From assembly GCA_002104905.1 (NCBI GenBank), contig MCFE01000172.1:62001-126000 (forward strand): 64,000 bases of DNA, written 5' to 3'. The notes below the pieces were generated by a model that worked only from the letters and a program-made list of their open reading frames with translations, ran no database searches and was not told where the DNA came from. This document shows, piece by piece, positions 24,001 to 32,898 of this stretch. Made by a program: the position numbers and the translations under genes. Origin of the DNA: Basidiobolus meristosporus CBS 931.73 (taxonomy: Eukaryota > Fungi > Basidiobolomycota). Each line of letters starts with the position of its first letter. The stretch's first letter is position 1.

Positions 24001-25170
24001 TTTCCAGGCCTTGTGTAAAATGGAGTTGACAAGCGCGGTTTTTCCGATTCCAGCCTCACCAGTAATGACAACCAGCTCTGAAGTTTGACGCTTCTCGTAC
24101 ACTTGATGGCACATCCTCTCGAGAATCGTACTCAACTGTGCTCGCTCCGCTTCACGTCCGTAAAGCTCATTTGGAAGCTGTAGGGAAGGTGGAAAATCAC
24201 TTTTACCTAATTCAATTTGGGTGTTTTGCCAACTTTCAAGGCTATCCGAAGATAAGACAAGTGATTGAACCGCTATGAAATCCGCTTTGAGTCCCGTTAC
24301 ACTTTTATATGAAGTTTTAGGTGACTGTGTAAGGAATAATAAGTCAGAACCACGTCCACATTCATTTAAACGGATAGTACTAACCAGAAGTTTAACAAAT
24401 ATATCAGTTAACATGGTAGGATATTTACGAGACTCTACAAAATCTTGAATGATTCTTTTTGAGAAGAGCATTGTGTTTTCGGCCATGGGAGTCTTCTCTG
24501 TCAATGCCTTGTATAGAGAGGAGCCTTCACAAGATTGTATAACCAAGTTAGAATTAAAAGGAACAAAGTTAAAGAGATGCCAAATCAACCAAAGAAACAT
24601 ACCCAGATCTAGGATATCGGTATTACAATCGAGAAGGCCTTTATGGGAGGAAAAACTTTTTACCCTATCTAGCACCGTAGATGTAATATGCATCTCGCTC
24701 TGTATGGAGCTAGTTTGAGCGTGGCAGAACCCGGACATCTTCATGGTCTTGGTTGACTCGTCCCAAAAGAAGCTCTTACTGCTAATACTTCCATGAACTA
24801 TTCCAAGAGAGTGAATCTTCTCCAGGCACTCACAGCAATGTATGGCTAGCTCTAGAAAGTCTTGTAGCGTTTTCGGATGATATGTTTCTAGAGGGATCCC
24901 AGATTTCTCGATAACGGCTACACTCTCACTGTCTTCTGTCTGAACAATCTCTATCAATCTCGGGAGTAGATTAGGTCCAAAAGCGTTCTCAATAAGTTCT
25001 GAGAAATATCGGTCCCTCTTAAGCTTTTCCTTGGACGAAAAAGCCTTTACCCACACAACATCCTGTGTGCTGTTGCTTCGCGCCTCATAAAGAATGGAGT
25101 TGGTATTGTGCGATAGTTCTTCTTGCAGAGTGTAACCAGGAATATCATCCAGCTCAAAATCCCAATCCAT
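18019..25170 (-). CDS. Hybrid histidine kinase, group X type (Chk1/Mak2-3-like): kinase-like, P-loop ATPase, GAF, 2x PAS, HisKA, HATPase, REC
   Basis: GEAGIGKT Walker A; FLANMSHELRTP H-box; NLLGNAIKFT, DTGIGM and GGTGLGL boxes; VLVAEDN...IFMDKMMP receiver. Start MDWDFELDD at 25170. Two in-frame introns are predicted (24525-24602, 24325-24384). Confidence 0.95.
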   Translation of the reverse strand: MDWDFELDDIPGYTLQEELSHNTNSILYEARSNSTQDVVWVKAFSSKEKLKRDRYFSELIENAFGPNLLPRLIEIVQTEDSESVAVIEKSGIPLETYHPKTLQDFLELAIHCCECLEKIHSLGIVHGSISSKSFFWDESTKTMKMSGFCHAQTSSIQSEMHITSTVLDRVKSFSSHKGLLDCNTDILDLGMFLWLIWHLFNFVPFNSNLVIQSCEGSSLYKALTEKTPMAENTMLFSKRIIQDFVESRKYPTMLTDIFVKLLVSTIRLNECGRGSDLLFLTQSPKTSYKSVTGLKADFIAVQSLVLSSDSLESWQNTQIELGKSDFPPSLQLPNELYGREAERAQLSTILERMCHQVYEKRQTSELVVITGEAGIGKTALVNSILHKAWKHGIFVSCRCKRHYPLGAITQCLRSTIKEIIKCSDEELQKLRISIMTQIPNNVSILLDDIPELKMVVGTHHPPVEPLPPAQSHMRFCTTYLSLVRAITNLDITLTCFLDKLECASRATLSLFSYLMKNNCGRLLVIAARREADRENKWIQELINHDVKVTEIPLAPLRELDVRKFIADTVSQEVDSIDSLVACCATAKGNPFALSQILIALYREKRIQFNYDTKRWDWKLDDIASKIVNVIDFNLLVRCLRNIKKDLQTLLAYAGTIGHTFGAHLLHSLLQPPFPTQELLQIAIDEGFIRYFPGEDWYYFLHDIIQEASRELLDKDTKSRLHLNIGQLLLKQNDINVFQIADHFTQALNLINQLEDRSDYRRCLAAAGAKAKALGALENSLIYYQKAITLLDPSSLSERIDCSYEESFSLMLECAEMLSVCQEFGEASKMLNQLLSEAKTLIHKCQVYTHIYEVQMSTNQFEEAIQTILKCLHEFGFEVNKHPSEAEVNTIVEEVENEPLLANIKTLEERLKWCDQPQVLILMDFLTPTLHSPYIFWLRHLHIVITAIMIKLTLKHGLSAHSCEAFTYFGAHYAQMFEKGEFAYECGEFGLRVAKKFAGPDIKAKVYMLFATYTNHMKNDPYHGLTFLRQSQELAVAAGNMKISALSSGMAAINKFFLGFPLCDVLKDAKASSLELLKLHPDNNLTYAITSISRLVLALQGKCIRGSVNLIFDDGQFFEENLLHVMISEPRFNHSLIWHLRTRVIAFYFLGYYQEALDAVRRSKELPDSTVAIDNFRKWAVCLHSLTLAALIRKGQLNDSQVAEALETILENQKITEKWILGQVYGAHTALFLIVDAELAALKGDSIKAMDFYEQAAQQSRRLKLVHYEALAYELYAEFLFRRGYVTVGMTVLDQSIKTYSRWGAYEKAQQLQRMQDNWISSLPALSGIVCTASVACQTDDSHGNSIATQLTSTSTSTEPEVTPSLDNTLPADKMMVEFVETLQQISSELEYEALIQQILKQTLHYVPIYSGSLILFDEGKLSVTAKWAHDEGSFVLSPTIPYNDVNFVCASLVDKALASKSVEFFDYMLNELPESISKKDQEYITRNSIGGRFNAVVFPLIHKNNLVGALYIENTDVAEYNLQKMQLLCKHIALCFVNASLLRSIQIKLRDTEQAKKHYLTLVNALPCVVWIGDRDGSSWFVNDKIEEFTGVTSRQFLEWGWSQFIHPEDIDSMMSKWRSSIRKLQPCDLEFRMLSRDGKYRWVLGRHVCVRDEYGKYTWYSMWMDINGHKQALYHVEDGKRRYSLLLECIPCQVFTAHPDGTIDYVNSSWCNYTGQSFEEATTSKWTSCIHQDDLKIHQQQYSVCLQKGLTLECECRIRGASGAYRWFIIRAMPLKDSSGTPIKWFGMCTDIDEQKQQQRLKSNFLANMSHELRTPFSGVMGMLSLLLDTPLNAEQLEYIEMCKQSCDVLMQVVDDLLNFSKLEAGKVELEMLPFNIENLLGDVCELLITLVSKKNLEVAFYVDPNISNILIGDGNRLRQILLNLLGNAIKFTHKGYIVVRCHIIQESPSDEDIVLKIEVEDTGIGMTIEEQAYLFQPFSQVDGSTTRLYGGTGLGLSICSQLVKLMLGRIGVISQKEKGSNFWFTATLKKESLSVPSIKSAPEVELLTTQIRTFKENPKFLINSHQCINTMIANYLTPFYCVTCVSTQETLDKIKSAAAEGQPFDVMILDSIVDNELWEKLTETDSWDLIRDLRIMILTYPSSVKVDEYELPGSRQAKIRRITKPVRRIKLLRSVMEMFDLDYVDETSTAAPPPVVPLSLPAVATATTATAVSPSHTPRKKAKISLADKGSRSKNGSANEKGSKGMHVLVAEDNLVAQRLITRMLEKMGYDVTVTNNGLEVVDAYKDKPNGFACIFMDKMMPLCDGYEATRRIRNFEKENLLPRRIPVVALTADAQSKTKEECLAAGMDMCLTKPCHKDNLTKVMSEVARGTALSSLHLQN

Positions 25171-26183
25171 ATTGATCAGGAAAGATGTTCGGTGTATAAG
25201 GTGACGTCTATAAACTATATAAATTACCGTCAACAGGAAAAGGTATCCTGCCTATACGATAAAACGATGAGGAATGGAGATGTCAAAACCAAAGTAGAAT
25301 GGTTACACAGCCTCTATGTTGTGTTGTAACAAGAGTTGGGTGATGAAGTACTTTGATGTTTGTAAAGTGTATTTCACAAAAGACGAGTAGATTAGGTACT
25401 TCGAAATAATGAATGAACGAAACCAAATTAAAAGGAACACATTCTTTGAAGTTTGCTATTATTTAAATAATTTTCTGTGCTAAAATATTCAGGATAACAC
25501 GGTCGAGGAAATCAGATTTTTTGGATCAGTAATAATTTGAATACATGAAATGGAAAATGCTTGCCGGCACTAGCTGAAGTAAATTTTAGTCACCAACGAG
25601 GTCAACCATCAGTGTACACGATCAACTTCGAAGCTAACAAACAGACTACAAAGGGCACCTCCATGTGTACTACCGATTATGTTGCCAGTGGTGTCAAATT
25701 GCCCTTTATTTGCGCAGCCATTTTACGCTGCACCAACCTACATTCCCATCTCAGCTAGTCACAAACAATGTTTTTGGCTCCTCATACTACCAATGTCTTA
25801 CATAGAAGTTGAGGCTTTGATGTACTAACAAACCAAAAATAGCCACTAAAGATTCCTAAGATTGAAAACCTAATACACCAATTCGGTAGGAGAGCTATCA
25901 TGATTGGCTTAAAGGGCAGGTTTCTGTTGCGCAATGAGGTTGCACACTCACTCATAAACCCAATTTCCAGCACCTTCTACTGGGCCCATTAATGGTGTTA
26001 TGAATTGGCCCGCTTATAAATATAATACAATAATTTTCTCTCAATAATAAGACAGGAAGTTAATCAATTTCTTAGCAAGATGAATAAGCATAGGTTCCCA
26101 CAATCACATGTAACTCGGTTTTCCTTAAACAGCGCATTTGGGCAGTTGCCTTCTCATTTAATTACATTAAACCAAGTGGAACT

Positions 26184-26874
26184 ATGAGTATCAATGCCAT
26201 ATTCGAGGCCATGAAAGAGAAGGAAGGTGACAACTTTTCACACTTGTACGAAGTTCTAGGTTGCGACATGAGTAGCACAGTAAGTAAAGAGCATGAATCT
26301 CACTATCATCAGTTTTCTGAGTAGAATTAATTTCTCAACCCTACCCTACTACAAATCATAAAGAGCTCTTATTCTACTTTTTAAACCAAGCAAGAGCAAA
26401 TCGCAACAGAGTATAAGAAGCGGGCATTAAATCAGCACCCAGATAAAAATCCGAACGGGGGTAAGCAACTTAGCGGAGCTATTCAATGTTGATGTCTACT
26501 TAGCTCCCTATTCTAAATGACACCATAGAATTGGAGTTCGTTCAGCTTAATCGAGCTTACGAAGTATTACGAGATCCACAGAGTCGAGAGAAGTATGACG
26601 CCTGGAGGGTTAGTGGAATTCAGATACCTTATCCAAAGTGGTTAACCTTAAGCGAACATGGTCAAGTAAGCAAAATCTACTCTACAAAGGTCGTATTGCC
26701 TAGTTCACCAAATCCAATTGCATAATATAGTCGTTACATTGGAGGAATACCCCCAGATTAAGTACCATCACTGATAGTGAACCACCAAGTCTAGTGACAT
26801 CGAGCTTCAACAAACCCACATATGGTGATGAATCAGACGATATATATGCAAAGTTTAGAAATTACCAAATCTAA
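26184..26874 (+). CDS. Small J-domain protein, DNAJC12/JDP1-like, 4 exons
   Basis: Spliced product: MSINAIFEAM...LYEVLGCDMSST|QEQIATEYKKRALNQHPDKNPNG|ELEFVQLNRAYEVLRDPQSREKYDAWRVSGIQIPYPKW...|SLHWRN...YAKFRNYQI*. Has the HPD motif and a C-terminal KFRNY.I typical of DNAJC12. Confidence 0.85.
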
Positions 26875-27234
26875 GCTTTTCTTGCCAATAAAAGGCTATC
26901 AATGCAGTGTCTTGCAGTGATTGCATGCTTGTAGACTCACTTGGTTAGAGAATTGATCAGTCAATATAGCAGTTGCCACTACCCATATATTTCTACAATT
27001 GAGTAAACACAAGTTGATTTACAGTGATTGTCGGATTTTGGGGGCAGCTCTGTCGATGTCACAGGTATATCATCAAAAATGAAATCATCAATGATCAATG
27101 ACTATGCAGTAAAGCTTGATGTAATTCTATTGTAAATATAATATGTTACCCAGGGTAGCCACGTCAAGTATTTTTACATTTTAAGTGTGGGTCCAAAAAT
27201 TGTTACATACTACCTTACTTTACTCCTGAACAAT

Positions 27235-27723
27235 ATGCGTGTCGTAACTAGAACTGAAGGTGAAGAAGTCACTGGCTCTGCCATGACCAGGTAAGGTTCA
27301 ACATTGTCTTCCTTGTTGACTGTTTAATGACGACTGGTTTCCGGAAACTGACCCTTCATTACCGTCTCCAGGGGATTCTTCGGTGCCCTTAAGTATGCAT
27401 CTGTAGCCACCTTTGTCGGTATTTTTGCCAATGCAACTTGGCCTTACTTCAACCGACTACCTACTGTGCAGAAAGTACTCCTGCTCACTTGAACATTGAT
27501 CCAGTAAGCCTCACTAACCTGGAATCTTTAGGGATGGCTATTAACCGCCATCACATTGGCAGGCTTTGCCAATGGCTCCGAAGCCGCTTTAACCGGTTTC
27601 GAGAGAAAAAATCGCTCCCAGCAAATCCAGGAGGCCAACCGCAAACGCTACGAGGCCTTGTACGGAAATGTAGATCAACCAGAAACAACAACAGTAAGCA
27701 ACGGTCCAGAACCCTCACAATAG
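27235..27723 (+). CDS. Small two-helix mitochondrial membrane protein, Rcf2-N-terminal/Rcf3-like, 3 exons
   Basis: Spliced: MRVVTRTEGEEVTGSAMTR|GFFGALKYASVATFVGIFANATWPYFNRLPTVQK|GWLLTAITLAGFANGSEAALTGFER...EPSQ*. The gene model is solid; the family call is by resemblance. Confidence 0.65.
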
Positions 27724-29224
27724 ATGGAAACTGAGGCCATGGATTCCGGTCTCTGAGTGAAATCCTGTATAGTGCTTGTTCATTCATATACAGTAAACTA
27801 GCGTATCAATTTAAATCACGATCGTGTTGTGTAGTTTGAAGGAAAATTGTTACTATCTAGATTATTGTTTGAGTGCTATCCAACTGAACAATATAAAGTA
27901 ATGGGACGCTGTTTATTGAAGAATGTATATATTGTACTCCAAATTAGCGGATGAATCAGTAGAGTCGATTGTCGACACCACTCCAGAAAGTTTCCCAAGT
28001 CTATGTATTATTACTTGGGCGATAGATGCATGAGCAGTGAAAGTTTAGTCTGGGACTGTTTTGGATATAACCAATATGGCCACACAGCCATGGTTTCTGC
28101 ACTGAAAAGAATATGAATATTACGAGTCCACCAACAAGCCGAAATTGATTTCCAGGGCAGCAAAGCATCGGACAATAAATTTACTTTTTGGCTGACCGGT
28201 CTTTGAATGCATTCCAAAGAGGATGTGGTTTCTACAGAAGGCAAGTGGTAAACCCAACGTATCAATTCACAGTGTGAGGTAGCATTGGGAAATTCGCCTT
28301 TGCTGATCTCTTATTGTCCCTAATTAAGAAAGCTAACCTAAAAGAGTATAACTGTAATTAGCTGATCAGCCCATCGGTCATAAATAGCATCAATACAAAT
28401 GTAGTAGAGAAAATCCAATAACGTGAAAATCACCAAATAAAGAAGAGTTGAGATGAGGATCAGGAAGAGCATATGGCAAGGAGGCAACTGAGCACCTACA
28501 GATTTTGCAACCATTTAGACATCCACTTTGTAGACATATGAATTTTGTCATATTTGCATGGATCGTATGCTCTCAAATAGGAGTCATTTATACAGTGTAA
28601 AGAGGATTGAGATTGATACATGCAAGGTTGATATGACTGACGAAGGTGTTTGACATTCTAGTATGGGGAGAGGTACATACTGATTGATGGGCATTTGTCT
28701 AAGGGATTTTTGACTGACCAATATAACAAAGTACCATGATGTTGAGCGGAATAGCAGCAAGAGCATTACGATCCGTCCGACCATTATTAGGGGCGATCGG
28801 GAAGGAGATAGATTAAATCAGCACAAGCATGCAGACGCTGGTACTGCCCCAAAGGGATACGTAGTGGATTAATTATACGCAACATGTACCAACCATAGCG
28901 CTAAACCGAAATTTCTTCATGGCGATCCTCTGGGCATTTGTAAAATATAGAGTGATTCCCCTAAACGCTGCCTAACGGTTTCACCTTCCATGTCGATGAT
29001 GTACTTTTGGTGAATATATATAGTGCGATGAGCCTTTTCAAGCCATTGTGAATAGAAAGCATCTTATCGTGAGCTCATCTCATCATCATTGCCTCTTTCG
29101 TACATATTCCTCTCATAAGCAAGTCTATCTTGGAGCGGAAAATCTACAAAGATTGATCTTCCCACTAATATATCACTGCCTCATCTTATTTAGTTCACAG
29201 TATATTTCTTGACATCTGCTCAGT

Positions 29225-30459
29225 ATGGTCGAGTTTGGTAGTTTCGAAAATATCTGCCGCACGATATCTCTCACCGTATGTCCTTTGGTTGGGCCAGTGG
29301 ATCGCCGGACAATCCCCTCGTGCTACTCGCGAAACATAGATATAGTCGGTTTTATCCTGTTCCAGCCAGGTAGCTCACCAACCATTTTCTGCTAGCCGAA
29401 TTCCATTCTAACCGCAATATAGGGACGTTCACAGTGTACATGATTGCATTGATTATGACGGCAATCATGATCTACAATATTAGAATGAAGTACACGGCAG
29501 TTGGTAAGTCATCCTCTTACACATGGATGCAGATCTGGATACTAACAAATCATGGCACCGGGATGTAGGGAGAAAGGAAATGGTTCAATTTTTCTACCTC
29601 TATGCCGCAACAGTGATCATGGAAATGTTGCTGATTACTGGGATCATACCTATTGGAAGTAGAGTATATCCGGTATTTCAACTTCACCCGAGTGTTCAAC
29701 CCCAACGCCAATACTTACCAGGCTCTCCGTCACTTAGTGGTTCACCGCTGTACACATGGCCTTAATATCTACCGCTATTTGGTGTCTACTTTTGAATGGT
29801 TTCGTAGGCTTCCAGTTTGCCGAAGACGGGACCGCTCTATCTCTCTGGGTAAATATCTGCTTAATCCGTGTGAAATGTAGGGCAAATCTCTAACCGTATC
29901 AAAGTCAATACGGATCTCCTCTCTTATCATATGGGGAGGCGTGTTTGCCGTTTCCGTACTTACCTTCAAGCAGTATCTTAACGCCACTGTTCCGCTCACC
30001 CTATGGGTCATCTATACGGTGTTGAATGGCGCGGCAATAGCCATATATTTTATTTTGCAGGTGATTTTAGTGGTGAGAACTCTCGATGATTGGTGGCCTT
30101 TAGGTATGCGTTTTTCAGATGTGTAGATATATATGTATATATATGGTTTTTATTCATTAATTCCATCAATGACAGGCGATATTCTGATAGCTGGATTATC
30201 ATTTGTTGCTGGTCAAGTAGCATTGTTGGGATTTTCACACGAGATCTGCGAGACAACTACTCACTATTTGGACGGCCTCTTTTTCGCTGCCGGAGCCACT
30301 CTATTCTCTGTTATGATGATCTACAAATACTGGGATTCTATCACCAAAGATGATTTGGAGTATCTTATTGACTGCAAATCAGATCAATGGGAAGTTTTAA
30401 ACGGGGTGGTAGAAGAGGATCTTGCTTCTAAAAAAGCCCGACAACTAGAAATAGAATGA
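29225..30459 (+). CDS. CHS7: Chitin synthase export chaperone Chs7, copy A, 6 exons
   Basis: [11 protein letters not shown]...CYSRNI, KYTAV|[20 protein letters not shown] and [13 protein letters not shown], joined by five GT-AG introns. Confidence 0.93.
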
Positions 30460-30723
30460 TCCCAACCTAGGGAGAATAATAAAAGGATGGTTTTTATCTA
30501 GCTAGTGCACCATTGGGACAATGCAGTAGATCTCTCCGCCCACTATGCTACCTATGGGTAGAAACGTAAGATAATCAAGTGTCGAACCCAGATCGTCAGG
30601 ATTCGAGGGATCTTTGCAAGTAAGCAGTCATAGATGAAATCAAATATATCTTCTTTATCCATTTAATTATGAGAAAACGGTACTGTTGTATGCAGGGTGG
30701 AGTAATGCTCCAAAGATCACCAC

Positions 30724-31406
30724 CTACTTAGGGGACTTTGGCTGTAAGCGTACCGACTCGATCACCTACATATAATATATGTATATATGATTAGAGATGC
30801 TCTAGAGTAGAGGCAGAGCTTTTCCGTAATATACCAGCCCCTTCTTCCAGATTTGCTCGTTAGAAAACACAGTTAATCGGCACGTCTTCCAGCTTCTGTT
30901 AATCAAAAGCGATTGTGGGTGCACAAGGTAAAACCAATTATCATTCCTATGCTGTTCCAGAGCTACTTGGTGTAGATGGTGCTCATTTTCGCTACCCTGC
31001 ACTCCCTAGAGAGACGGAGTGTTACATATCCAAATTCAGAGTGAATAGAAGGGGATCAGCTATACCTCGATTTGGCAACGAAATGTAATATATGTTAGGT
31101 AGAACGAGTCCTTGGCAAACTTCAACTTCCATACAATATTGTACTCTCCCTTAGGAATGCCGTTAATGGTGCCACTAAGCTGCGGTGGTATAAAGGCTGT
31201 TAGGAAAGCACGAGTGCTTGATTTGATGTGAAAGCAAACAACCTCGAATTTGTATGCCTCCTTGAGAACCAGGCATGTTCTTCGGGAATATAGGATTAGA
31301 GGTGCAAGCGTCGTCAAATAGCAAAAAGACTTTACTTGTTGTTGTGAATTTCACACTCGGATTTCACCATGGATTCTCCTTCATATTTCAGGTCAGAAGC
31401 GCCCAT
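30724..31406 (-). CDS. Stand-alone PP2 (phloem protein 2)/Nictaba-like lectin-domain protein, 5 exons, 144 aa
   Basis: Exons 31406-31336, 31279-31243, 31179-31066, 31005-30835 and 30765-30724 sum to 435 nt and read LVLKEAYKFELSGTINGIPKGEYNIVWKLKF...DNWFYL...CRLTVFSNEQIWKKGLVIESVRLQPKSPK*. The WKKGLVIESVRLQP end resembles the PP2 domain C-terminus. Confidence 0.75.
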
Positions 31407-32898
31407 GATTGTCAGTTGACCTGACAGTACGGAGCAGATGTGGGTTTGAGTGATTCCGAAAAGCAAAGGACTGAATCGACTTTACTTTTTTCTTTATATA
31501 CATGTCTTGGGTAACTGCTGGCGTATTTATGGCCAAATCGCTGCCTAGATTCGTCCGATCAATACTCGCACAACATTAAGCAGCCGTGGTTAGTGCGTAC
31601 CGTACTAGATAGTTCCATAAAGAATCATCGGACAAGAGTGTTGCAAAGGATTTGCTAGTCTACAAGATTAGAGGTTAGGTATATGAACTTTTTGATATCC
31701 TGCAGATCCATCCTCGATGGTTCGGGATGCTACAGATACTAGAGAGAATATTGTCAGACAGATACCATAGCAAGTTGTTGGAGATTGTCATAATCAAGGT
31801 GGAGCAGGATGTTCAAAATTGAATCACAGGGCAAAGATAGGAGTAAGCTTGGGTGAGCTGGGTCGAGGTGAAATCGATAGGTCAGCTAGCGGGAATACAT
31901 ATCCTGATATGATGCAAAGAAACCAAACTCACCGACGGAATTGCTGGGCATTGTGGGTGGGTTGGCTGTTCTACAGTATGAACACGACGAATTTATAGTT
32001 TGGTAACCGCAGAGAAGTCAAGATCACCATCGAATATGGCTCATCATTAGAGGTAGCAATTATGCCAGAATATGTTGGATCAAGATGCTGACATCTTTCA
32101 GAGGCCTAATCACCGTTGGTGATGTCCATATAACCGTTACCCAACCTATTAACGACCGCAACCTTCAGTAATGTTTTAGACAGAACAGCCACTTGATTGG
32201 TCGGCACAGCACAAGTGTACGATTCTCGTCATTATTATTGAATGAATACATCACAATTGCTCGAACTTAGTTAGGGCGGGGTGAGATGGTCAAGCACATA
32301 CACCGAGGCTAGTTGGTATGAATCAAGTTTGGTCAACCTCTTGCTAAATACTCGCAACCCCTCCTCACATATACCTATCTGTCCCGTGACTAGATTCCAG
32401 ATGGTGCATGCACTTTCTATCCCGCCTTCTGGTGTACAAGCCAATTTACATAACTGGCACCAGATTTAATAAATTTGTTAGTCCATGACCGAGTCTTCCA
32501 GTAGGAAGGAACGCAGCTACCACAGCTACTTATATTATACCAATACAGATCACGAATAATATCGATTCCTGCTGCTTCCTACCATACCAAATGGGGATAT
32601 GCGCCACTAACGAGAGCCAAAACCAGGCTTCGCGTTCTCTGTGAACAAGATAAGATCTGTGGAGACTGAGATGACCGCGAATGAATAAAAAGCACTCTAT
32701 TTATAACGCTTAAAAACCATCCACTGATTGGAGTGCGGTAAGAAGAATCAACCTCGATATAAGAGCATGGAATCAAAGACTAAGGGCTTACTAAATGCTA
32801 AGAAATGTACAAAGTCTGATGTTACGATTGAAGTTAACTACAAGATGATCCAGCAAAATGACAAATCGATGATGATGCTGTTTCAGATCAGGGGGTCT

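Noticed and set aside
28000-29060. Protein-like fragments on the minus strand between the Rcf3-like gene and Chs7-A
   Set aside because: Interrupted by stops, with no convincing motif or splice path.
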